In this document: positions 29,097 through 39,048 of the stretch, one piece after another
Numbering within the stretch: the first letter of the stretch is position 1
Layout: every line of letters starts with the position of its first letter
NCBI GenBank assembly: GCA_963710755.1
Contig: CAVQBK010000003.1
Location: 736,001-800,000 of the forward strand
DNA: 64,000 nt
Reading direction: 5' to 3'
From: an uncultured bacterium
Lineage (GTDB): Bacteria; Oederibacteriota; JAAXVQ01; JAUVAV01
Notes under the pieces: generated by a model
The model's input: the letters and a program-made list of their open reading frames with translations, nothing else
What the model was told of the DNA's origin: nothing
Database searches by the model: none
Position numbers and translations under genes: made by a program

Positions 29097-30836
29097 GTGA
29101 GTGAAAAAACCGATAAAATGCATGGTGTTGCTGCTTCACCGGGGATTACCATCGGCACGGCCTATGTACTGGGGGCTTCGGAATTTGAAACCAAAAAAGC
29201 CAAATTAACCGAGCCCATGGTGGAAAAGGAACTCGACCGTCTGCAGGCGGCCGTGGACGCCACCCGCAAGGAGATCGAGACCATCAAACAGCGGGTCGCC
29301 CAAGAAGTGGGATTTAAGGAAGCGGAAATTTTCAATGCCTATACCCATATTCTTCAGGATCCCATGCTGATCCAAACCACCATTCAGCAAATCAAGACCA
29401 TGCGCTATAATGCGGAATATATCCTGCAGGAAATTGCCGCTGATCTGGTGGCGCAATTTACCGAGTCCGATGATGAATATATGCAGGAGCGGGCCTCGGA
29501 TATTAATGACGTGGTGGCCAGGTTGTTGCGGAATCTAACCGGTCAAGCCACCACCATGCTTACCGACACGGACAAGGACATTATTATTGTCGCCCGCGAT
29601 TTGACCCCCTCCCAAACCGCTTCGTTGCGGCGGGAAAGGGTCATTGCTTTTGTCACCGATATTGGCGGCAAAACCTCTCATGTGGCCATCATGGCCCGTT
29701 CTTTGGAGATTCCGGCGGTCGTGGGCCTGCGTTCCATAACCGGCCAGGTGCAGACCGGAGACACGCTTGTCGTGGATGGCTATAAAGGGGATGTGCTCAT
29801 CAATCCCTCCTCAGCCCAGCTCAACAGTTACCGTCAGGCTCAGCGCAATATGCTGCAGGCCCAGCGCAAACTGCAAAAATTAAAGGGCGTGACCGCGGTC
29901 ACCAAGGACGGCTACCGGTTGAATGTGGCCATTAATATTGAGATGCCCGATGATGTCAAGCAGGCGCGCAAGTACGGTGCAGAAGGGGTGGGGCTGTTCC
30001 GCACGGAATATATCTTCCTGAACCGTCGCGATCTGCCCAGTGAGGAAGAACAGTTTGAGTCCTACCGCCATGTGGCCAGGCAGAGCCTGCCTTACGCCAC
30101 CATCATCCGCACCCTCGATCTGGGAGGGGATAAATTTCTTTCCCGCCTTAATACCAGGACCGAGGCCAATCCCTTTTTGGGGCTGCGGGCCATTCGTTTA
30201 TGCCTGGCCCATCCCGAATTGTTTAAAACCCAGCTAAAGGCGATTTTAAGGGCCTCCCATTTTGGCAAGATCAAAATGATGTTCCCCATGATTTCCGGGG
30301 TGGAGGAATTGCGCCAGGCCAAAGCCTTGCTTACGGAGGCACAGAAGGAACTGAGCCGCAAACGAGTGCTATTCGACAAGAACATGGAGATCGGAGTCAT
30401 GATTGAGATTCCCTCCGCCGCCATGACGGCGGACGTCCTTTCCAAAGAAGCCAATTTTTTTTCTATTGGCACCAATGATCTGATTCAGTATACCCTGGCG
30501 GCGGACCGGATCAACGAGCAAGTGGCCTACTTGTACAATCCCATTCATCCTTCCATCCTCAGGTTGATCAAACAGGTGATTGTGGCGGCTCGGGAACGGC
30601 GTATCTGGGTAGGCATGTGCGGGGAAATGGCGGCCGATCCCATGCTGACCGGATTACTGGTAGGCTTGGGCTTGGATGAATTTTCCACAGAACCGTCCTT
30701 TGTGCCGCAAGTCAAAAAGAATATTAGGGAAATCAGCTTTGCTGAAAGCAGGGAATTGGCTGACCACATTTTAAAATGCACCACCAGTGATGAGGTGGCC
30801 GCCCTGCTGAAAAGCCATTCCAATGCAGAGGAATAA
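29097..30836 (+). CDS. ptsI: PTS enzyme I
   Basis: GGKTSHVAIMARS, GLFRTE, RTLDLGGDK, NPFLGLRAIR, SIGTNDLIQY and CGEMA motifs. Confidence 0.98.
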   Translation: MSEKTDKMHGVAASPGITIGTAYVLGASEFETKKAKLTEPMVEKELDRLQAAVDATRKEIETIKQRVAQEVGFKEAEIFNAYTHILQDPMLIQTTIQQIKTMRYNAEYILQEIAADLVAQFTESDDEYMQERASDINDVVARLLRNLTGQATTMLTDTDKDIIIVARDLTPSQTASLRRERVIAFVTDIGGKTSHVAIMARSLEIPAVVGLRSITGQVQTGDTLVVDGYKGDVLINPSSAQLNSYRQAQRNMLQAQRKLQKLKGVTAVTKDGYRLNVAINIEMPDDVKQARKYGAEGVGLFRTEYIFLNRRDLPSEEEQFESYRHVARQSLPYATIIRTLDLGGDKFLSRLNTRTEANPFLGLRAIRLCLAHPELFKTQLKAILRASHFGKIKMMFPMISGVEELRQAKALLTEAQKELSRKRVLFDKNMEIGVMIEIPSAAMTADVLSKEANFFSIGTNDLIQYTLAADRINEQVAYLYNPIHPSILRLIKQVIVAARERRIWVGMCGEMAADPMLTGLLVGLGLDEFSTEPSFVPQVKKNIREISFAESRELADHILKCTTSDEVAALLKSHSNAEE

Positions 30837-30876
30837 ACTCATGACAAGTACACCACGAAGGCACCATACCAAGACC

Positions 30877-31737
30877 ATGAAGATCACCAAAGCCGTGGTT
30901 CCCGCCGCCGGCTTGGGTACCCGGTTTTTGCCGGCCACCAAAGCTCAGCCCAAGGAAATGCTGCCGATCTATGACAAACCGGCCATCCAATATATTATTG
31001 AAGAAGCAGTGGCAGCGGGCATCAAGGATATTCTAGTGATTACCGGGCGGGGCAAACAAGCCATTGAAAATCATTTTGACCGCAGCGTGGAACTGGAGGA
31101 TATCCTGCAGCAATCAGGCAAACGCAAGGATCTGAATACGGTTAAGAAAATTTCGGATATGGTCAACATGTATTATGTGCGGCAAAAAGAAGCGCGCGGA
31201 CTGGGGCATGCGTTGCTTTGCGCCAAAAGTTTTGTGGGAGAGGAACCCTTTGCCGTTTTTTTAGGTGATGATATCATTGATCATCCCAAACCTGCCATGG
31301 CTCAACTCATGGACGTCTGGCAGCGGGTACAGGCACCGGTATTGGCCGTGCAGGAAGTGCCGCTGGAAAGAACTCAAGCCTATGGGATTATCAAGGCCAG
31401 ACAGATAAAGCCCCGCTTGTATAAGGTCAGCGATCTGGTGGAGAAACCCATGCCTGCGGCCGCACCTTCGCGTTTGGGGATCGTGGGACGTTATATCCTG
31501 ACCAATACTATTTTTACTTATCTGGAAAAAACCCGGCCCGGAGCAGGCGGTGAAATTCAATTGACTGACGCTTTGCGTCAGTTGAACGCCCGGCATGATC
31601 TCTATGCCTACCAATTCGAAGGCACGCGTCACGATATCGGCGACAAAATTGAATTTGTCAAGGCGACATTGGCCTTCGCTTTGAAAGACAAAGCTGCGCG
31701 CCCTGCGCTCAAAGAATATTTAAAGACTATTATTTGA
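30877..31737 (+). CDS. galU: UTP--glucose-1-phosphate uridylyltransferase
   Basis: KAVVPAAGLGTRFLPATKAQPKEMLP, VEKP and GEIQLTDA motifs. Confidence 0.97.
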   Translation: MKITKAVVPAAGLGTRFLPATKAQPKEMLPIYDKPAIQYIIEEAVAAGIKDILVITGRGKQAIENHFDRSVELEDILQQSGKRKDLNTVKKISDMVNMYYVRQKEARGLGHALLCAKSFVGEEPFAVFLGDDIIDHPKPAMAQLMDVWQRVQAPVLAVQEVPLERTQAYGIIKARQIKPRLYKVSDLVEKPMPAAAPSRLGIVGRYILTNTIFTYLEKTRPGAGGEIQLTDALRQLNARHDLYAYQFEGTRHDIGDKIEFVKATLAFALKDKAARPALKEYLKTII

Positions 31738-31746
31738 TCATTCCTT

Positions 31747-32388
31747 ATGGACTGTTTTATAATTTATACACTCAGCGCCCTGTCCTTTCTAGAAGCTTAT
31801 CGTAATCGGGCGTTTACGGAGGCCATTGCCAAAGCTAACATGCTTCTGGCAGACGGCGTGGGTACAGTTTGGGGATACAAGCAATTACTTCGTATGGCCC
31901 CGGAGAGAATTACCGGGATTGACTTTATTGATGAACTCTGTCGCTTGTGTGTGACCCATGGCCAATCGGTTTATGGCTTGGGTGGTGCGCCCGGTGTGTC
32001 CATCCGGGCGTTGGCAGCTTTGCAACAGCGTTTTCCGGGATTGCAGGTTGCCGGCGGCAGGGATGGTTTTTGGACGCAGGCAGAGGAAGAAGCTGTGGTT
32101 GAAGCTGTCAACCAATCAGGAGCAGCGGTGCTGTTGGTGGCCTTGGGCCAGCCGAGGCAAGAAATGTTTTTAAACCGTTATCGCCGGTGTCTGAAGGTAA
32201 AAGTCGCCATGGGCGTAGGCGGAAGTCTGGACGTATTGGCAGGGCGGGTGAAACGGGCGCCCCGCTGGCTGCAGCGGTTAGGTTTGGAGTGGCTGGTAAG
32301 GCTGCTGCAGGAACCGTGCCGTTGGCGGCGAATGCTGGGGTTGCCGCATTTTGTTTATTTGGTATTAAGAGCAAAAATAAGAGGATAA
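31747..32388 (+). CDS. WecB/TagA/CpsF (GT26) glycosyltransferase
   Basis: ADGVG, ERITGID, VALGQPRQE, GVGGSLDV and RAP.W.QRLGLEW..RL..EP.R motifs; N-terminus shorter than usual. Confidence 0.9.
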   Translation: MDCFIIYTLSALSFLEAYRNRAFTEAIAKANMLLADGVGTVWGYKQLLRMAPERITGIDFIDELCRLCVTHGQSVYGLGGAPGVSIRALAALQQRFPGLQVAGGRDGFWTQAEEEAVVEAVNQSGAAVLLVALGQPRQEMFLNRYRRCLKVKVAMGVGGSLDVLAGRVKRAPRWLQRLGLEWLVRLLQEPCRWRRMLGLPHFVYLVLRAKIRG

Positions 32389-32390
32389 AT

Positions 32391-33737
32391 ATGTCAAAAG
32401 TAATCGTATTTTCAGAAGACCGGGCGCTCAAGGATGAGTTGCGAACTCAGTTTCCTCATCCCCGCTACAGCATGGATGAGCTGCGCGAAAAGGATGCCTT
32501 GCTTGACCATGTCAGTGCCATTGTCTATGACGTGATCGTGTTGGACGCCAGAACTGTGGGCGGAGACATGGACCTGGTCTCTATTTTACGCCAAATGGGT
32601 ATGCAAAAAATACTCTGGCTGACAATGGAACAGAATATTGGCAATGCGGCCGACGCCATTAAGCGGGGCGCTGATTTCTACCTTACCCTGCCGTTGAATG
32701 CGAATTTCCTCAATCAACTGTTAGGGGAGTGGGAGCGGGATGACCAGCAAACCATGACCCTGGCGCCGTTGCCGGATGTGATGGAATTTGAAGAAACTAA
32801 GTTCGTTGGTCGCAGCGAGAAAATCAAACATGTTTTTTTTATGGCTGCCAGGCTAGCGCCCACTGATTCCACCGTGGTGATCACCGGGGAAACCGGCGTG
32901 GGCAAAGAACTGGTGGCGCGCACTATCCATCGCCTTTCCGGGCGCAGCAATAAACCTTTTGTGGCCATTAACTGCGGCGCCATTCCGGAAAATCTGTTGG
33001 AATCGGAATTGTTCGGGTTCAAGAAGGGGGCCTTCACCGGGGCCAATCAGGACAGACCGGGATTGTTCCAACAGGCCAATGGCGGGACCTTCTTTCTCGA
33101 TGAAATCGGGGAGCTTTCTTTGGATATGCAGGTCAAACTGTTGCGGGTGCTGGAGGAAAACAAGGTCAGGCCTTTGGGTGGTGCTGAAGAACTGCCGGTT
33201 AATGTTCGCATCCTGGCGGCCACCAATCGCGATTTATCGCTGGAGGTGCAGGCCGGCCGATTCCGCATGGACTTATTTTACCGAATCAATGTGATTGATA
33301 TTATGGTACCGCCTTTGCGGGAACGGCCTGAGGACATTCCACCGCTGGTTAAATTTTTTCTGGAAAAATACAACAGCCGGTTTAATAAAAATGTCATCTC
33401 CATTACCCGCGATGCGCTCTTTGGATTGATGCAATATGATTACCCTGGCAATGTACGGGAATTGGAAAATATTGTTCAGCATGGTGTGTTGCTTTCCGAA
33501 GGCAATGTGATTTCCAAGACTTCACTGCCGCCCCGGGTGTTTCAACGAGCCCAACTGGCCATTGAAGGCTCCAAAAAAGAGCAAAATGTCAATATTGACC
33601 AGGCAGAGGAGGAACTGATTAAGCAAGCGCTCATGCGTTTCGAAGGTAATCAAACGGAGGCTGCAAAAAATTTAGGTATTAGCCGATCCACCTTATGGCG
33701 GAAAATTAAGGCATACAAGTTGGAAAATTTCAAATAA
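32391..33737 (+). CDS. sigma54-dependent enhancer-binding protein (NtrC/AtoC type) with atypical receiver domain
   Basis: GETGVGKE, ESELFG..KGAFTGA, FLDEIG, DLFYR, PGNVREL and a Fis-type HTH; gagga RBS before ATG 32391. Confidence 0.95.
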   Translation: MSKVIVFSEDRALKDELRTQFPHPRYSMDELREKDALLDHVSAIVYDVIVLDARTVGGDMDLVSILRQMGMQKILWLTMEQNIGNAADAIKRGADFYLTLPLNANFLNQLLGEWERDDQQTMTLAPLPDVMEFEETKFVGRSEKIKHVFFMAARLAPTDSTVVITGETGVGKELVARTIHRLSGRSNKPFVAINCGAIPENLLESELFGFKKGAFTGANQDRPGLFQQANGGTFFLDEIGELSLDMQVKLLRVLEENKVRPLGGAEELPVNVRILAATNRDLSLEVQAGRFRMDLFYRINVIDIMVPPLRERPEDIPPLVKFFLEKYNSRFNKNVISITRDALFGLMQYDYPGNVRELENIVQHGVLLSEGNVISKTSLPPRVFQRAQLAIEGSKKEQNVNIDQAEEELIKQALMRFEGNQTEAAKNLGISRSTLWRKIKAYKLENFK

Positions 33738-33980
33738 CGCCATAAGCCGACCTTATTGGCACACGAGTCCTTGGTCATGACAGACCAAAGCGTAGCGCTC
33801 GCCATGAGTCTGACGCATTGTTTCACAGGCTGTTCAAATCAACGTAGTTTGTATGAAAATGAAACAACCTACTTAAGATAGAACTCACTTCATAAATTTC
33901 ACCAAGGCAGTGGAGGGCTTTGAATAAGCGTATAACGAGATTGGGGAGTTTGAAGGGACTTTTTAAATAGCATTGGTAAT

Positions 33981-33997
33981 TTGGCACTGTTTTTGCG
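33981..33997 (+). promoter_or_regulatory. sigma54 (-24/-12) promoter upstream of dnaK
   Basis: TTGGCAC-TGTTT-TTGCG with GG-N10-GC spacing, about 50 bp before the dnaK ATG. Confidence 0.8.
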
Positions 33998-34048
33998 TTA
34001 TCATAAGTTACCTGGAAACGTATTATCCAAATAAAGGGGGTTAGACAT

Positions 34049-35974
34049 ATGAGCAAAGTTTTAGGTATTGATTTGGGGACTACCAATTCCTGCATGGCCG
34101 TCATGCAGGGTTCGGAAGCCGTGGTTATTCCCAATGCCGAAGGGACGCGTACCACACCTTCCATTGTGGCTTTTACCAAAACTCATGAACGCCTGGTGGG
34201 CCAAACGGCCAAGCGGCAAGCGGTGACCAATCCGGAAAACACGATATTTTCCGTCAAACGGTTTATTGGCCGCCGGTTTACAGAGGCCACACACGAAGAA
34301 GAAATGGTTCCTTTTAAGACCAAAGCCGCATCCAATGGAGACGTGCAGATTGAAGCTCAGGGTAAGCCTTACGCGCCGCCCGAGATTTCAGCCATGATTC
34401 TGCAAAAACTTAAAACCGATGCCGAAGCCTACCTGGGCGAAAGTGTCACTGATGCCGTGATCACGGTGCCGGCTTATTTTAATGATAGCCAGCGCCAGGC
34501 CACCAAGGATGCCGGTAAGATCGCGGGGTTGAACGTGTTGCGCATTATCAACGAGCCCACGGCTGCAGCTCTGGCTTATGGTATGGATAAAAAAAGCAAT
34601 GAGAAAATCGCCATTTATGACTTGGGTGGTGGTACCTTTGATATTTCCATTCTGGAACTGGGTGATGGAGTATTTGAAGTGAAGTCCACCAACGGCGATA
34701 CTCACCTGGGTGGTGATGATTTCGACCAGGTGCTGATCAATTGGCTGGCCGACGAATTTAAAAAAGAAAATACGGTGGATTTACGTCAGGACAAAATGGC
34801 GCTGCAACGATTGAAAGAAGGTGCGGAAAAAGCCAAATGTGAATTGTCCAGCATGATGCAAACGGAAATTAATTTGCCCTACATTACGGCCGATGCTTCG
34901 GGGCCCAAGCATTTAAATGTGACCTTGAGCCGAAGCAAACTGGAGCAACTAACGGAAGCATTGGTCAACCGCAGCCTGGATCCGGTTAAAAAAGCTCTGA
35001 GCGACGCCGGACTGGCCGCCAAGGACATCAATGAGGTGATTCTGGTGGGCGGTATGACCAGAATGCCTTTGGTTCAAAAAAAGGTCAAAGAGTTCTTCAA
35101 CAGCGAACCGCACAAAGGTGTCAACCCCGACGAAGTCGTGGCCATCGGTGCGGCCATCCAAGGCGGTGTGCTCAAAGGCGAAGTTAAAGATGTGCTGTTG
35201 CTGGATGTGACGCCCCTGTCTTTGGGCGTGGAGACACTGGGCGGTGTTATGACCAAGCTGATAGAACGCAACACCACCATTCCCACCAAGAAGAGTGAGG
35301 TCTTTTCCACAGCTGCGGACAATCAGAACAGCGTGGAGATCCATGTATTGCAAGGGGAGCGGGAATTGGCGCGGGATAATAAATCCATCGGACGTTTCCA
35401 TCTCGATGGCATTCCGCCGGCACCTCGCGGGGTGCCGCAGGTCGAAGTTTCTTTTGACATCGATGCCAACGGTATTTTAAATGTTAATGCTAAAGACCTG
35501 GGTACGGGCAAGGAGCAAAAAATCACCATAACCGCCAATTCCGGTTTAGCGGACAATGAAGTGGACCGGATGATCAAGGAAGCAGAGTCCCATGCCTCGG
35601 AAGACAAGAAAAAACGTGAAGCCATTGACATCAAGAATCAAGGGGACAACGTGCTTTATCAGACTGAAAAAAGCCTGACGGAACTGGGCGATAAGGTGCC
35701 GGCACCAGCCAAGGGCAAAATCGAAGCTGCCCAAGGCCGCCTGCGCGAAGCCCTCAAAGGTGAGAACACCGAGGAAATCAAGTCCGCCATGGACAGCTTA
35801 AACCAAGTCTTTCAGGAGATCTCGTCCGAGCTGTACAAGCAGCAGGGCCAGCAGGATGCTGGTCAGGCTGGTGACGGTGCTGCGGCTGAAGCTGCACCGG
35901 CCCCCCCCCAAGAGGGTGATGGTGAAACCATTGACGCAGACTATAAAGTGGTGGATGAGAATAATAACAAATAA
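34049..35974 (+). CDS. dnaK: Chaperone DnaK (Hsp70)
   Basis: [31 protein letters not shown] and IDADY motifs. Confidence 0.99.
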   Translation: MSKVLGIDLGTTNSCMAVMQGSEAVVIPNAEGTRTTPSIVAFTKTHERLVGQTAKRQAVTNPENTIFSVKRFIGRRFTEATHEEEMVPFKTKAASNGDVQIEAQGKPYAPPEISAMILQKLKTDAEAYLGESVTDAVITVPAYFNDSQRQATKDAGKIAGLNVLRIINEPTAAALAYGMDKKSNEKIAIYDLGGGTFDISILELGDGVFEVKSTNGDTHLGGDDFDQVLINWLADEFKKENTVDLRQDKMALQRLKEGAEKAKCELSSMMQTEINLPYITADASGPKHLNVTLSRSKLEQLTEALVNRSLDPVKKALSDAGLAAKDINEVILVGGMTRMPLVQKKVKEFFNSEPHKGVNPDEVVAIGAAIQGGVLKGEVKDVLLLDVTPLSLGVETLGGVMTKLIERNTTIPTKKSEVFSTAADNQNSVEIHVLQGERELARDNKSIGRFHLDGIPPAPRGVPQVEVSFDIDANGILNVNAKDLGTGKEQKITITANSGLADNEVDRMIKEAESHASEDKKKREAIDIKNQGDNVLYQTEKSLTELGDKVPAPAKGKIEAAQGRLREALKGENTEEIKSAMDSLNQVFQEISSELYKQQGQQDAGQAGDGAAAEAAPAPPQEGDGETIDADYKVVDENNNK

Positions 35975-36044
35975 GAGACGTTGTTGCTCCTGAGGCGACT
36001 ATTAGGCCCTTGGGGAGGACAGTGTTGACAGAAAAAAAGACATC

Positions 36045-36078
36045 AAGTAAGGGCGCACTGCGGTGCGCCCTTACTTTT
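36045..36078 (+). terminator. Rho-independent terminator after dnaK
   Basis: AAGTAAGGGCGCAC-tgcg-GTGCGCCCTTACTT followed by TT. Confidence 0.8.
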
Positions 36079-36196
36079 AAAGACCGCCAGTTAATCACCC
36101 CTGGGGCGTCAGCCACAGGAAGAACCAAAGAACCCGACGATTTGCAAAGGGGTCTGAGCCGAGTTGGAAGGTACGAGCTGTAAAGGAGGAACGTTT

Positions 36197-37651
36197 ATGC
36201 TGCATCGAATTGCCCATCCCCTCAAAATGATAGTTTTGATGCTGGTGGTAACTCTGGGGCCCGGTCTGCTGTGGGCCAAGCCAGCCATGATTCCCGCCAC
36301 CTTTGCTGATATTGCCGAAAAAGTCAGACCCAGCGTGGTCAATATCAGCAGCGTCCGTATTGTCAATAGTCCCTATAACAATTTTAATCAGTTTAATGAT
36401 CCGGTTATGCAGGAATTTTTTCGGCATTTTTTTGGTCCCAACTGGTCCATGCAACAGCAACAACCTCAGAAATCAGTGAGCTTGGGGTCTGGCGTTATTG
36501 TGGACGGCAAAGGTTATATCCTCACTAATTATCATGTGGTGGACAAGGCCAATGAAATCATAGTGAAACTGAAGGATGGCAAGGAGTATCAGGCGACGTT
36601 GGTGGGCAGTGATTCCAAAACCGATTTAGCCGTTATTCAATTGAAGAAAAAAGCTGATTGGGTGGCGGCGGATTTGGGGGATTCCGATCAAGTGCGCGTG
36701 GGGGATTGGGTTCTGGCCCTGGGCAGTCCTTTTGGTTTGGAGCAGACCGTGACCTCCGGCATTATCAGTGCCAAAAGCCGGACCATTGGTCAGGGGCCTT
36801 ACGATGATTTTCTACAAACTGATGCCAGCATTAATCCCGGCAATTCAGGCGGGCCTCTGGTGAATTTGGACGGTCAGGTCATCGGCATAAACACGGCCAT
36901 TGTCAGCCAGTCGGGAGGTTCTATTGGCATAGGCTTTGCCATTCCCATTAATATGGCCAAGAAAATTTACCAGGATATCGTGGTTATGGGCAGCGTGCGT
37001 CGTGGATGGCTGGGGGTGAATGTTCAAAATTTAACGGCCAGCCTGAGTAGTCGCTTCAACCTGCCCGACAGCACCCGGGGGGTGCTGATTAATGCGGTCT
37101 TTAAAGATGGGCCTGCTGATCAAGCTGGGATCAAACCAGGGGATGTGCTGGTGCGTTTTAAGGACCGGCAGGTCACATCGGACAAGGAGCTGCTGAGACT
37201 GGTGGCTCAAGCCGCAGAAGGTGAAAAAATTCCCATAGCCATTTTGCGTGATGGGACGATCAAACAAATGCACGTGAAAATAGGGGATCTTGACAAAGCT
37301 CAGCGGCAGCAAAGTGTTGAGCGGGCAGCCGTCGCGGCGTCAACAACACCTGCGACCAACCGTGATCTTTTAGGTCTGGAGGTGAACGACTATGGCCATA
37401 ATCAATCCCAAAGCCGTGGTCAGCGGGTCACGGCCGGCGTGGTGATCGTCAGTGTACAACCGGGCAGTCCGGCGGAAGGCGCTGGGTTGCTGCCGGGCGA
37501 TGTCATTCGCGAGGTCAACCGTCAACAAGTCAACGAGACCAAGGGCTTTAATACCCTGGTCAACCGTTTGAAGCCGGGTGAAGATCTGTTGCTGCTTTTG
37601 GAACGGCATGACTATGCCATCTACGTGGCCATGAAAATACCCACCCCTTAA
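36197..37651 (+). CDS. degP: Do/DegQ/HtrA periplasmic serine protease with two PDZ domains
   Basis: Signal peptide; LTNYHV, DLAV and QTDASINPGNSGGPL catalytic motifs; RGWLGV; two PDZ domains. Confidence 0.93.
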   Translation: MLHRIAHPLKMIVLMLVVTLGPGLLWAKPAMIPATFADIAEKVRPSVVNISSVRIVNSPYNNFNQFNDPVMQEFFRHFFGPNWSMQQQQPQKSVSLGSGVIVDGKGYILTNYHVVDKANEIIVKLKDGKEYQATLVGSDSKTDLAVIQLKKKADWVAADLGDSDQVRVGDWVLALGSPFGLEQTVTSGIISAKSRTIGQGPYDDFLQTDASINPGNSGGPLVNLDGQVIGINTAIVSQSGGSIGIGFAIPINMAKKIYQDIVVMGSVRRGWLGVNVQNLTASLSSRFNLPDSTRGVLINAVFKDGPADQAGIKPGDVLVRFKDRQVTSDKELLRLVAQAAEGEKIPIAILRDGTIKQMHVKIGDLDKAQRQQSVERAAVAASTTPATNRDLLGLEVNDYGHNQSQSRGQRVTAGVVIVSVQPGSPAEGAGLLPGDVIREVNRQQVNETKGFNTLVNRLKPGEDLLLLLERHDYAIYVAMKIPTP

Positions 37652-37661
37652 ATGACAGTAC

Positions 37662-37690
37662 TTGACAGGGTCTGGCAATGACTCTATAAT
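37662..37690 (+). promoter_or_regulatory. sigma70 promoter of metK
   Basis: Perfect TTGACA-N17-TATAAT, about 145 nt upstream of the metK ATG. Confidence 0.85.
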
Positions 37691-37835
37691 CGGCACCGTT
37701 ACCCGGCCCGGATATTATGTGCGGGCTTTGTTTTCAAAATAAAAAACGCCTACCATCCCGATCACCGTTATGGATCCGGAGCATGCCCAGAACATGCAGC
37801 GGTAGGCTGATGCGGTTTATCGCGGAAGGAGCATT

Positions 37836-38993
37836 ATGGATCATCAAGGGAATTTTTATTTTACCTCCGAGTCGGTTTCCGAGGGTCATCCGGACAAGGT
37901 GGCTGATCAGATATCCGATGCAGTTCTCGACGCCTGTCTCGCTAAAGACCCCCTCAGCCGGGTGGCTTGTGAAACGCTGGTGACGACTCAGACGGTGGTG
38001 GTGGCCGGTGAGATTACCACCAAGGCTCACCTGGATGTTAATGCGATTGTAAAAAAGGTGATTACCCAGATCGGGTATAATGATCCTGCCTTGGGGTTTG
38101 ATCAGGAGAATTGTACCATTATAACAGCCTTGCATACCCAATCGCCTGATATTGCCATGGGTGTGGATCGGGATGGCGCCGGTGACCAGGGCATGATGTT
38201 TGGTTATGCCACCCGGGAAACACCGGAGCTCATGCCGCTGCCCATTATGTTGGCACACAAACTGGTCGCGCAATTGACCAAACTCCGGAAACAGAAAAAA
38301 ATCACCTATTTGAGACCGGATGCCAAGTCTCAAGTTTCCGTGGAATATCAAAATGGAAAACCAGTCCGCGTGGATGCTGTGGTGATCAGTACCCAGCATG
38401 CCCCCACGGTCAAACAAGCCACTATAAAAAAAGATGTCATTGCCCAGGTGATTAAGCCGGTTATTCCGGCTAAGCTTTTGGATAAAAATACCAAGTTTCA
38501 TGTCAATCCCACCGGTCAATTTATTGTGGGCGGTCCTCATGGGGATACTGGTCTGACGGGGCGCAAGATAATTGTGGACACCTATGGTGGCATGGGCCGG
38601 CATGGTGGCGGTGCTTTTTCCGGAAAAGACCCCTCCAAAGTGGATCGTTCTGCAGCTTACATGGCCAGGTATGTGGCCAAAAATATCGTGGCCAGCCAGT
38701 TGGCTGACCGCTGCGAAGTGCAGTTATCCTATGCTATTGGAGTGGCCAAACCAACCTCGGTAATGATCAATTGTTTTGGCACCCAGCGAGTTGCTGAAGA
38801 TAGATTGGCCACTTTAGTTAGAAAAACCTTTGATTTGACGCCCAAGGGCATTATTGCCCATTTGAACCTGCGCCGCCCTGGTTATCAACAAACCGCCTCC
38901 AATGGTCATTTTGGCCATGCTGGTTATGCCTGGGAAAAAACAGACAAAGCAGCCAGCTTAAAGGCAGCCGCAGCACCTTATCTTAAAAAATAA
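37836..38993 (+). CDS. metK: S-adenosylmethionine synthetase
   Basis: [33 protein letters not shown] and GGGAFSGKD motifs. Confidence 0.99.
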   Translation: MDHQGNFYFTSESVSEGHPDKVADQISDAVLDACLAKDPLSRVACETLVTTQTVVVAGEITTKAHLDVNAIVKKVITQIGYNDPALGFDQENCTIITALHTQSPDIAMGVDRDGAGDQGMMFGYATRETPELMPLPIMLAHKLVAQLTKLRKQKKITYLRPDAKSQVSVEYQNGKPVRVDAVVISTQHAPTVKQATIKKDVIAQVIKPVIPAKLLDKNTKFHVNPTGQFIVGGPHGDTGLTGRKIIVDTYGGMGRHGGGAFSGKDPSKVDRSAAYMARYVAKNIVASQLADRCEVQLSYAIGVAKPTSVMINCFGTQRVAEDRLATLVRKTFDLTPKGIIAHLNLRRPGYQQTASNGHFGHAGYAWEKTDKAASLKAAAAPYLKK

Positions 38994-39048
38994 GGGTCAG
39001 CTCAAGCTTCGACCGCTTCATTAAGGCGAAGACCTTATTGGCCAAAGG

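Noticed and set aside
32187-32390. N-terminal extension of the 516-aa activator ORF
   Set aside because: It overlaps the conserved C-terminus of the GT26 gene; ATG 32391 has an RBS and starts the receiver domain.
33981-34007. CIRCE operator before dnaK
   Set aside because: TTGGCACTG resembles the left arm, but there is no GAGTGCTAA arm at N9. The spacing fits sigma54 -24/-12 instead.
37697-37835. Canonical SAM-I or SMK riboswitch
   Set aside because: Lacks the ATC.AGAG/GAGGGA/GCAACC core of SAM-I and the TTGTAACC/GGGGGA core of SMK. Kept only as an unclassified candidate.
37734-38603. 289-aa antisense ORF (likewise 44394-45155, 54975-55703, 42619-43239)
   Set aside because: Shadow frames opposite highly conserved genes, with no recognisable motifs.
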